NCBI GenBank assembly: GCA_964512655.1
Contig: CAZEJT010000001.1
Span: 13,863-77,862 of the forward strand
Direction of reading: 5' to 3'
DNA length: 64,000 nt
From: an uncultured Chlorobiaceae bacterium
GTDB taxonomy: Bacteria > Bacteroidota > Ignavibacteria > UBA10030 > SZUA-254
The notes beneath the pieces are model-generated. The model saw only the letters and a program-made list of their open reading frames with translations, searched no databases and was not told the DNA's origin. Shown here one piece after another: positions 18,101-25,917 of this stretch; position 1 is the stretch's first letter, and the number at the start of each line of letters is the position of its first letter. The position numbers and the translations under genes are program-made.

Positions 18101-20271
18101 GCCGCGGTCGGCGAGGGATGCTGCGCGGCCGCCCTGCCGTCGCGGGCGACGGCCATTTCGAGGAGGGCCAGCAGAAGCGCGAGTCCGATGCAGTGTTTCC
18201 ACAGCTCGACGCCGTATCTCAACTGAAGGATCGTCGTCTGAAGCTGATCGGTCCGGTCGATCGACCGGACCGCGGCTGCGGAGATGCCGGCGCGCTTCCA
18301 GAATTTGCCGAGATCCTCCCCGGAGATTTTTCTCGTATCCGATTCGCGCCGGTCGGTATTCACCCCGAAGACCGTCAGCGTGTCCGCTCCGCCGATTATT
18401 TCATAAAAGCCGGGAGTGATGAGCCTTCTGAGGCGGAAGAGCGTCGCAGTCGACGAGATCCCCTGTGTCTGGACGGCCGAATGGATCAGCTCCCCGGATC
18501 CGTCGGGGGAGACAAGCGAGTACGCGCCGCCTTTGAGATCGGGGGAGTTCCTCAGGGACACCGCCGGCTCGTCCCCGACCGTGTAGGCGGGGATGGCTTC
18601 GCCGAGCGAAGAGAGGTAGATGAGCGACCGGTAGATCAGCGGAGCGAAGAGGCCCTTGATTGGAAAATCGGACCAGGAGAGATCCGGCGCAACGGCGAAC
18701 AGGAGGACCCTTCCCCCGCCCGCTCTGTATTCAGAGAGGAATGCGCCTCCGTCGCTCAACGAGATCAGCGTGCGCCCCTGCCTTCCGGTATGGTGTCTCA
18801 GTGCCTTGAGGATCGACGGGGATTCTACCGCGCCCTTCGTCCTGCCCTGCTCCTCAAACATCGTAGCGAAGAGGGGATGGTCGAGGTCCACGGCGCGGAA
18901 CGAGAGCGGCGTGCGCGCGTCGTTGGTGGTGAGCCCTTCGAGGGGTGGAATGCCCAGCGGAGGGAGGAGGACGGAATTATAATGATCACGGTCGATGTCG
19001 CTCCCCGGGAAGATGATACAACCCCCGCCCCGCTTTACAAAGGCCGCGATCTTATCCGCGTCGGCGGCCGAGAACGAGCGCACGTTGGAGATCACCAGGA
19101 CGTCGATATCCTTCAGGTTGACGAACGGGAACTTCTGCGGCGTCGACTCGGACACGTTGACGAGCAGACCGCCACCCTCGCCCGTCCGGCCCGCCTGGAC
19201 CGCGAGGGAAATGTAACGCACGTCCTGCGCCCCGCCGGAGACCATTGCCACCCCGATCCGTTCGGGGACCGCCAGCGTGAAATACCGCCGGTTGTCCGGC
19301 TCGAGCGCGTCGCTCTCGAGTTCCGCGTAACCCCTGGCGAACCCCGATTTCTTCGGCGTGACGCTGAACTCTTTCCCCGTCGACTCCCAGGCGCCGGCGG
19401 AGATGTTGCCCTGGGCCGCCCTGGCGCCGTCGAGAAAAACGCTTGCCACGTAATCGCGCACCGGGACACCACTGAAATTCCTGATCGATGCGTAGACCTT
19501 CACAGGTTTGTTCTTTTCAAAGATCTGCGTCCGGACCTCCACGGAATCGATTCCCAGATTCGGCACGGGCTTCGAGCCGATTTCTACGGTGAAGAGTTTC
19601 ACCGAGGGATCGAACGTCGAATCCTGAGGCGCCTTCGGCGCCGCCGCGCCGTCGGAGAAGAGGGTTTGCTGCATGTCGCTGATGAGGTAGACCTCCTTGT
19701 TGGCGTTCCTCGAGTCGCGCAGGAGGCTCTCGGAAAGGCGGATCGCCTCCCCGGCGGAGCGGCGGATCATCGTCGCCCGGGCTTCCCTGATCACCGTCCT
19801 GAGAGCGCCGAAATCGTGCGTCGCAGGGCTCACGGACGCGCGGGGGAGATCCGAGAGTTTGAGGAGATACGCCTCGTCTCCCTCTTTGAGAAGATCGACC
19901 AGCTTCCCGGCGGCGTCCTTTGCCTGCTTGAAATACTCGCCGTGCTCGTCGGCGCCCATCATGCTGAACGAATCATCCAGGATGAATACGATCGTCGAAT
20001 TGGCATGCGAGCCGAATCCGCCGAACATCGTCCCGTGCAGCGCCGGCCTGGCGAAGGCGAGGACGATGAACGCGATCAGAAGAGTTCTGATCAGGAGGAG
20101 GAGCAGCTGCCGGAGTTTCAGCCTGCGGATCCTCGTTTGCTGAAGCTCCTTCAGGAACGTCAGCGTGCTGAACTCGATTGTGCGAAGCTTCCGAAGGTTG
20201 AGGAGGTGCAGGATGAGGGGTATTGCAGCCGCTGCGAGTCCGAACAGGACCAGGGGATTAAGAAACACCAT
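18097..20271 (-). CDS. BatA-type N-terminal double-TM protein with vWA domain
   Basis: 724 aa. The N-terminus MVFLNPLVLFGLAAAAIPLILHLLNLRK...FARPAL matches the aerotolerance BatA-type double-TM anchor. A vWA MIDAS motif is present (FILDDSFSM). Confidence 0.75.
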   Translation of the reverse strand: MVFLNPLVLFGLAAAAIPLILHLLNLRKLRTIEFSTLTFLKELQQTRIRRLKLRQLLLLLIRTLLIAFIVLAFARPALHGTMFGGFGSHANSTIVFILDDSFSMMGADEHGEYFKQAKDAAGKLVDLLKEGDEAYLLKLSDLPRASVSPATHDFGALRTVIREARATMIRRSAGEAIRLSESLLRDSRNANKEVYLISDMQQTLFSDGAAAPKAPQDSTFDPSVKLFTVEIGSKPVPNLGIDSVEVRTQIFEKNKPVKVYASIRNFSGVPVRDYVASVFLDGARAAQGNISAGAWESTGKEFSVTPKKSGFARGYAELESDALEPDNRRYFTLAVPERIGVAMVSGGAQDVRYISLAVQAGRTGEGGGLLVNVSESTPQKFPFVNLKDIDVLVISNVRSFSAADADKIAAFVKRGGGCIIFPGSDIDRDHYNSVLLPPLGIPPLEGLTTNDARTPLSFRAVDLDHPLFATMFEEQGRTKGAVESPSILKALRHHTGRQGRTLISLSDGGAFLSEYRAGGGRVLLFAVAPDLSWSDFPIKGLFAPLIYRSLIYLSSLGEAIPAYTVGDEPAVSLRNSPDLKGGAYSLVSPDGSGELIHSAVQTQGISSTATLFRLRRLITPGFYEIIGGADTLTVFGVNTDRRESDTRKISGEDLGKFWKRAGISAAAVRSIDRTDQLQTTILQLRYGVELWKHCIGLALLLALLEMAVARDGRAAAQHPSPTAA

Positions 20272-20372
20272 CCGTTAGATCGATCGGGGAAAAACCATGA
20301 GGCCCTTCTTCCAATGAGTCGAAAAATCGCCTCAAAAGCAATTTCCGGGCCTTTCCGTGCCGCGCTCCGCGC

Positions 20373-20401
20373 TTGCCTATGCCCGACCCATCGTTTATAT
20401 T
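20373..20401 (+). promoter_or_regulatory. Sigma-70-like promoter candidate
   Basis: TTGCCT, a 17-nt spacer, then TATATT, ending about 25 nt upstream of the 20426 start. Pattern only. Confidence 0.25.
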
Positions 20402-20425
20402 ATGCTGTCGCACAATGCGGGGTGA

Positions 20426-22705
20426 ATGAAAGCGGCTGATCGGTCCCCGGTATCCCGGAAGGGAATCATCGGGGCGCGTACTGAATCTGTGCGGAGGCGG
20501 ATCCTGCTTGCAGGCCTGGCAGTGTTCCTCTCCCAGACGGTCGCGCTCCCGCAGGTGTTCCTCAAAAGTGCGTTCCCCGCTCTCTCGTTCAGCTCGCCCC
20601 TGGGACTCTACCCGACGAACGACACAACCAACCGGCTCTGCGTCCTTGAGCAGGCGGGAGTTATCCGCATCTTCCCGATCGATTCGACGGCGTCGTCAAC
20701 GAAAACGTTTCTCGACATTCACTCCAACGTGATCAGCGGCGGAGAACTCGGCCTCCTCGGGCTCGCTTTCCATCCTCACTTCGCGTCGAACGGGTATTTC
20801 TACGTCGATTACACGCGGAACAGCCCGCTTCGAACCGTGATTTCCCGCTTCCGGGTGAGCGCCTCCAATCCCGATTCCGCCGATCCATCGAGCGAGTATA
20901 TCATTCTCCAGCAGCCGCAGCCCTACACCAATCATAACGGCGGCCAGCTCGCGTTCGGCCCCGACGGCTATCTCTACATCGCGTTCGGAGACGGCGGGAG
21001 CGGGGGGGACCCTCAAGGAAACGGCCAGAGCACCTCGACGCTGCTCGGCAAGCTTCTTCGCATTAACATCGATTCTGCGGCCGGGGCGCAGCACTATGCC
21101 ATACCTCCTGACAACCCGTTCTACGGGGACACGTCGAAGAAACGGGAGATCTACTCGTACGGGTTGCGGAACCCGTGGAGATTCAGCTTCGACGGCCGGA
21201 CAATCTGGTGCGGCGACGTGGGACAGGATCAGTGGGAGGAGATTGACACCATTGTGAGCGGAGGGAACTACGGCTGGAACATCATGGAGGGATTCCACTG
21301 CTACAGCCCCTCGACCGGATGCAACCAGAGCGGTCTCATCCTCCCGATCTGGAATTATCACCACGACAGCGGACGCTGCTCCATCACAGGGGGCTTCGTG
21401 TACAGGGGGTCGGCGGCTCCGTCGCTCACCGGAAAGTATCTCTATGCCGATTATTGCTCGGGCGAGATCTGGGATCTGCAGCCCGTTCCCTCGTCTCCTC
21501 CCGTCAATAAGCATCTTCTCGGGGCGGGAACGGCGATCTCCTCCTTCGGCGCGGACAGGAACGGAGAGATCTATGTCTGTGAGTATTCCGCGGGAAAAAT
21601 CTACAAGATCTGGGGAAGTCCCCCGGGACCCTTCACGCTCCTCTCGCCTTCCGACGGCGCCGTGGCGCAGCCCAAAATCGAGCAGTGCCTCTGGACCGCT
21701 TCGGCCGGGGCCGTAAAGTACCGGTTTCAGGTGGCAGTCGATTCGGCGTTCGCATCGCTCGTCGTGGACGACAGCACGGTGACCGACACGGCCCATGAAG
21801 CGGGCCCGCTCCCCGACTCGACCCTTCTCTTCTGGAGAGTGCGCGCGATAAACGGGGCTGGCGGCACGCCGTACACGCCCTTCCGGAGATTCACGACTGC
21901 GCCAGCATCCGTACTCTATCATCTTTACGCGGGATGGAATATGATTTCGGTTCCGGTCGACCCGCCGGACAGGAGACGGACGGTTCTCTTTCCATCTTCG
22001 GCGTCGAGGGCTTTCGTGTATGATCCAAGAGTCGGATACTCGACGGGGGATACTGTCCCCGTAGGCCCAGGTTTCTGGTTGAAGTTCCCGGATTCCGCCA
22101 CCATGGGATTAGCAGGGGTACCCCGATACACAGATACAGTCGCCGTTGTCACCGGGTGGAACATGATCGGATCGATCGCGCAATCGCTTCCCGCGGTCCA
22201 GATCACATCGGTCCCCGGGGGTATGGTAACGTCGCCGTTCTTCGGATACGCGGGGAGCTACTTCGCAAGTTCCACCGTCGAGCCCGGGAAAGGATACTGG
22301 GTGCGCGTGAACCAGCCCGGCTCGTTGATTCTGGCATCCTCGTTCGGAGCGGGTTCATCCCCGATCCGGATCGAGCCCATCTCTGAACTCCCTCCTCCGC
22401 CGCCGGATGAGCGCGGAGCGGGGTTGAAAGGGCGGGTGCCCGGGGTATTCACTCTCGCCCAGAACTATCCGAATCCGTTCAATCCGTCGACCTCGATCTC
22501 CTACGGGATTCCGCGAAGCGCTCATGTGAGGCTCCAGGTCTTTGATCTCCTTGGCCGGCTCATCGGAACGATCGTCGACCAGGAACGGGCGCCGGGAACC
22601 TACTCGGCTGATTGGGATGCCCGCGAAGCGTCGAGCGGCGTATACTATTACAGACTTACCGCGGGAGGATTTGTGGAGACGAAGAAAGCCCTTCTCCTCA
22701 GATGA
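20426..22705 (+). CDS. PQQ-dependent sugar (glucose/sorbosone) dehydrogenase with FN3-like module and T9SS C-terminal sorting domain
   Basis: 759 aa with a signal peptide and SGDH propeller motifs LGLAFHP, HNGGQLAFGPDGYLYIAFGDGGSGGDP and YGLRNPWRFSFD. The C-terminus NYPNPFNPSTSISY...SGVYYYRL is a Por-secretion tail. Confidence 0.85.
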   Translation: MKAADRSPVSRKGIIGARTESVRRRILLAGLAVFLSQTVALPQVFLKSAFPALSFSSPLGLYPTNDTTNRLCVLEQAGVIRIFPIDSTASSTKTFLDIHSNVISGGELGLLGLAFHPHFASNGYFYVDYTRNSPLRTVISRFRVSASNPDSADPSSEYIILQQPQPYTNHNGGQLAFGPDGYLYIAFGDGGSGGDPQGNGQSTSTLLGKLLRINIDSAAGAQHYAIPPDNPFYGDTSKKREIYSYGLRNPWRFSFDGRTIWCGDVGQDQWEEIDTIVSGGNYGWNIMEGFHCYSPSTGCNQSGLILPIWNYHHDSGRCSITGGFVYRGSAAPSLTGKYLYADYCSGEIWDLQPVPSSPPVNKHLLGAGTAISSFGADRNGEIYVCEYSAGKIYKIWGSPPGPFTLLSPSDGAVAQPKIEQCLWTASAGAVKYRFQVAVDSAFASLVVDDSTVTDTAHEAGPLPDSTLLFWRVRAINGAGGTPYTPFRRFTTAPASVLYHLYAGWNMISVPVDPPDRRRTVLFPSSASRAFVYDPRVGYSTGDTVPVGPGFWLKFPDSATMGLAGVPRYTDTVAVVTGWNMIGSIAQSLPAVQITSVPGGMVTSPFFGYAGSYFASSTVEPGKGYWVRVNQPGSLILASSFGAGSSPIRIEPISELPPPPPDERGAGLKGRVPGVFTLAQNYPNPFNPSTSISYGIPRSAHVRLQVFDLLGRLIGTIVDQERAPGTYSADWDAREASSGVYYYRLTAGGFVETKKALLLR

Positions 22706-23283
22706 AGCTCCCCCGGATAGTACCCGAACCACACACCAGCAAGAGGTGCCTTGTGATAACCCGTCTATCAAGATGCGTTGCTCTCTTCGCGCTACTCTCG
22801 TTTGCGTCCCGGTCTGTGCCCGCTCAGACAAAAAGCGGCAAAGCGGACCGGCACGCAGCGAATCATGAAACACAGGAAGCGGTCAGCATCCACCAGGAGG
22901 TCGATTTCAAGGCAAGCCCCGAGCGCCTCTACGATGCCCTGCTCGATTCGAAGCAGTTCTCCGAATTCACGGCGCAATCGAAGGAGTTTTCCGCCGGTTC
23001 CGCGAAGATAGACAGGGCCGAAGGAGGCGCTTTCACTCTCTTCGACGGATATATCACCGGCCGAACCATTGAACTGGTTCCGAATCAGCGGATCGTGCAG
23101 GCATGGCATGACAAAGAGTGGCCCGCGGGCGTCTATTCGATCGTGAAGTTCGAATTCAAGCGGCAGGGCTCGGGGACGCACCTGGTATTCGACCATACCG
23201 CCTTCCCTCCCCGGGCGCGCGATCATCTCGCGGCAGGGTGGAAGCTCCATTACTGGGACCCCATCTCAGCATACCTTCGCTAG
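22702..23283 (+). CDS. SRPBCC / AHSA1-like domain protein with N-terminal signal-like segment
   Basis: About 193 aa from ATG 22702, which overlaps the upstream stop as ATGA. The C-terminal region IVQAWHDKEWPAGVYSIVKFEF...GTHLVFDHTAFP is typical of the Aha1/SRPBCC fold. Confidence 0.65.
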   Translation: MKLPRIVPEPHTSKRCLVITRLSRCVALFALLSFASRSVPAQTKSGKADRHAANHETQEAVSIHQEVDFKASPERLYDALLDSKQFSEFTAQSKEFSAGSAKIDRAEGGAFTLFDGYITGRTIELVPNQRIVQAWHDKEWPAGVYSIVKFEFKRQGSGTHLVFDHTAFPPRARDHLAAGWKLHYWDPISAYLR

Positions 23284-23293
23284 GAGCCGGGGG

Positions 23294-24796
23294 GTGAGGG
23301 AGGCACATCCCCGACTCTTCACCATGGTGAGAGCGCTCTTCCTGCTCTCAATTCCATTCTGCGCGTTTTCTCAAACCCTCGAGAAACAGGAAGCGGAGAA
23401 ATTCGTCCGCGATCTTGTATGGCGCAGGGACTCGCTGGCGTACTGGTTCGACCAATCGGGCGTCAGGACGGCCCGCCGTCTTGGGATCGAATACGAAGGA
23501 GTCGAATATAAGAACCTGATCGGGTACGATATCGACGACAGTGTCAGGGCAATGGTGCGAACCAGGGGGCTGGGGCACTCGATGACGATCGACAGCCTTG
23601 ATGACGGCTGTGCCCTCGTCACAATTTCGTATGACGGCCTGCAGGGCAGTTGGCGGTTCTATTTCAAGGGGAACCGCTGCATGTCTCCTCTCGACTATCT
23701 GACGCGGGGATGGAAAACATTCGAGTCCGACCATTTCAGATTTGTCGTGAGCGATTCGAGCCTCTTCAATCCGTACTGCAGCGGGGAGCTTGAGGCATTT
23801 GTTCACCGGATGGCGGAAATGCTCTCCTTTCGGGAGGAGGAGATGCGCACCCTGAAGAGGGAGAAGATCTACTATTACCTCTGCAGGGACGAGGATGAAA
23901 TAGAAAAACTGACGGGTTTCCGCACAAGAGGAATCTGCAACCTTGCCTACGACGCAGTGGCCTCGGTATTTCCCGCTCACCTCCATGAGCTGACCCACCT
24001 TCTTGTGAATTTCAAGCTGCGATCTCTGCCGCTTTTCACACACCCGTTCCTGCAAGAGGGCCTGGCTGTTGCATTCGGCGGAAGAGGCGGCATGGCGCCC
24101 GGTGTTCTGAAATCCATGGGAAGGTTTCTCTACGCTTCGGGACTCGCCGATCTGCCGGCTCTTCTTAACAAGGGAGAATTCGAGCAGCTAGACGCCTCCA
24201 TCAGCTACCCCGCCTCGGGCCTATACAATATGTTCCTCATCGAGACGAGAGGGATGCAATCCTATCTGGCGCTGTACAGGAGACACAGCGGGGCAGCCGG
24301 GGATCGGGCAGCGGTTCAGATCGATCCGGATGAGCTGGCGAGCGACCCGGCCTGGAAGCTCTATTTGAAGAAATCCACGAAGGCCGAAGTCATTCTGCTC
24401 GAAGATCAGACGAACCACGCCCGGTCTCTCTACGCAGATACTTCCGCCAGCGTCTCTGAAGACACGAACGGATACCACTTTCTCCTCAGAGATTTTCTTC
24501 TATTGCCGCCGCGGGGCTCTCTCCGCGGTTTGAGGAGCAAGAAGTTCGAAGAGTATTTCCCCGGAAGAGAATACAGAGGCGAGAAGTATCTGGTTCGGGC
24601 AAAGCAGGATGAAATCTCCGTGTACAATCTCCTGACGGACGACCTTATCGCGTCATATGCCGCCGCATTTGCCATGCCGCCCGCCAGGGTCAGGCTGGTT
24701 GAGGGCAAATACGCGTTCAGCATCTGGAAAGGGGTGTTCGAGGAGCCGTTGGGCCCGCTGCTCGGGGAACCGAACATCAAAAGCGACCGGCATTGA
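23294..24796 (+). CDS. Secreted hypothetical protein with a single HExxH motif (possible metallopeptidase)
   Basis: 500 aa from GTG 23294 (AGGAG lies 7 nt upstream); the alternative start is ATG 23324. It has a signal peptide MVRALFLLSIPFCAFSQ and the motif HLHELTHLL. No other family signature was recognised. Confidence 0.6.
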   Translation: MREAHPRLFTMVRALFLLSIPFCAFSQTLEKQEAEKFVRDLVWRRDSLAYWFDQSGVRTARRLGIEYEGVEYKNLIGYDIDDSVRAMVRTRGLGHSMTIDSLDDGCALVTISYDGLQGSWRFYFKGNRCMSPLDYLTRGWKTFESDHFRFVVSDSSLFNPYCSGELEAFVHRMAEMLSFREEEMRTLKREKIYYYLCRDEDEIEKLTGFRTRGICNLAYDAVASVFPAHLHELTHLLVNFKLRSLPLFTHPFLQEGLAVAFGGRGGMAPGVLKSMGRFLYASGLADLPALLNKGEFEQLDASISYPASGLYNMFLIETRGMQSYLALYRRHSGAAGDRAAVQIDPDELASDPAWKLYLKKSTKAEVILLEDQTNHARSLYADTSASVSEDTNGYHFLLRDFLLLPPRGSLRGLRSKKFEEYFPGREYRGEKYLVRAKQDEISVYNLLTDDLIASYAAAFAMPPARVRLVEGKYAFSIWKGVFEEPLGPLLGEPNIKSDRH

Positions 24797-24830
24797 ACTT
24801 CCCCGGCGTCCGTTGTGGACATTCGGTCTG

Positions 24831-24892
24831 CGCCGGCTAAAGCCGTCGCCTACAGCCGTCGCCTACAGCCGGCGCCTAGAGCCGGCGGCGAG
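24831..24892 (-). repeat. REP-like element with three additional 13-nt tail repeats
   Basis: CGCCGGCTAAAGCCGTCGCCTAC is followed by AGCCGTCGCCTAC, AGCCGGCGCCTAG and AGCCGGCGGCGAG, all with 13-nt period. It lies between the HExxH gene and tRNA-Pro. Confidence 0.75.
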
Positions 24893-24953
24893 GGCCAGCG
24901 GCAACTCATTGCACCTCCACGCTTAATTCTTTATATTTCGACACCGAGCCAAT

Positions 24954-25028
24954 CGGGATGTAGCGCAGCCTGGCTAGCGCGCCTGCCTTGGGCGCAGGAG
25001 GTCGCGAGTTCGAATCTCGCCATCCCGA
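24954..25028 (+). tRNA. tRNA-Pro (anticodon TGG)
   Basis: Cloverleaf folded by hand: acceptor CGGGATG/CATCCCG, D arm GCGC-AGCCTGGCTA-GCGC and anticodon arm CCTGC-CTTGGGC-GCAGG. The variable loop is AGGTC, the T arm is GCGAG-TTCGAAT-CTCGC and the discriminator is A. CCA is not encoded. Confidence 0.9.
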
Positions 25029-25098
25029 CGAACGGGCCGTGGCGCCTCCGGCGCCGTGATCCCGACCGTTAGATCTTACCTAATTACCACCCTTTCGC

Positions 25099-25917
25099 AT
25101 GGCAAAGGAAAAAGATTACGTCCTCGGGACGCATGACGAGGAGATCGAGCGTCTCGGATTGCAGAACCGTGTGTGGAAACCGAGGGTGCTTGACGCCTGG
25201 AGACGGGCCGGTTTTACCGCCGGCCAGACGATCCTTGACATCGGCTGCGGCCCCGGATATGCCTCGATGGACCTTGCGGAAATCGTTGGACCAGAAGGTA
25301 AGGTCATTGCAATTGACAGGTCGAGGCGGTTTCTTGACGCACTGGAGCGTTCGCGGACTGAACGCCGCCTGAAGAACATTCAACCGGTTGAACTCGATCT
25401 CGATGAGGGGGAATTGCCCCTCGTGGAGGCGGATGCGGCGTGGTCGCGATGGATTTTTCTTTTTGTGAAGCACCCGCGCGAACTTCTCGCGCGGGTCTGT
25501 TCCCGCGTGAAACCCGGTGGAACGCTTGTCATACACGAATACTTTGATTACTCCACGTGGCGGCTTGCGCCCCGGTCGCCCGAGCTTGAGGAATTCGTCG
25601 GTCTGGTGATGAAAAGCTGGAGGGCCAGCGGCGGAGAGCCAGACATCGGCCTCGAATTGCCCAACTGGCTCCAGCAGGAAGGATTCGAGCTGAAAGAATT
25701 GCGGCCGATCATCGAAGTCGTGCCGCGCTCCAACTATGTCTGGGAGTGGCCGAGGGCATACATTGACGTCGGGCTCGACCGGCTCGGTGAGCTCGGCTGG
25801 ATCACCGAAGCGCGCGCAAAAGAAATCTCGGAAGCATGGCGCAGGAGCGAGGCGGCGCCGCACACGCTCGTGATCACCCCCGGAGTTCTGGAGATCATCG
25901 CAGTCCGTCCGCTTTAA
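25099..25917 (+). CDS. Class I SAM-dependent methyltransferase
   Basis: 272 aa with motif I ILDIGCGPGYASMDLA and VKPGGTLVIHEY. Its 3' end overlaps the convergent phosphatase gene by 23 nt. Confidence 0.8.
   Translation: MAKEKDYVLGTHDEEIERLGLQNRVWKPRVLDAWRRAGFTAGQTILDIGCGPGYASMDLAEIVGPEGKVIAIDRSRRFLDALERSRTERRLKNIQPVELDLDEGELPLVEADAAWSRWIFLFVKHPRELLARVCSRVKPGGTLVIHEYFDYSTWRLAPRSPELEEFVGLVMKSWRASGGEPDIGLELPNWLQQEGFELKELRPIIEVVPRSNYVWEWPRAYIDVGLDRLGELGWITEARAKEISEAWRRSEAAPHTLVITPGVLEIIAVRPL

Noticed and set aside
18046-20439. 797-aa plus-strand ORF
   Set aside because: It is antisense to the BatA/vWA gene and to part of hflX. It has shadow-ORF composition, and it would leave the well-supported minus-strand genes unexplained.
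24954-25917. tRNA-Pro as an integration hotspot with a downstream island
   Set aside because: There is no integrase, no direct repeat of the tRNA 3' end and no compositional change downstream. The flanking methyltransferase and phosphatase look native.
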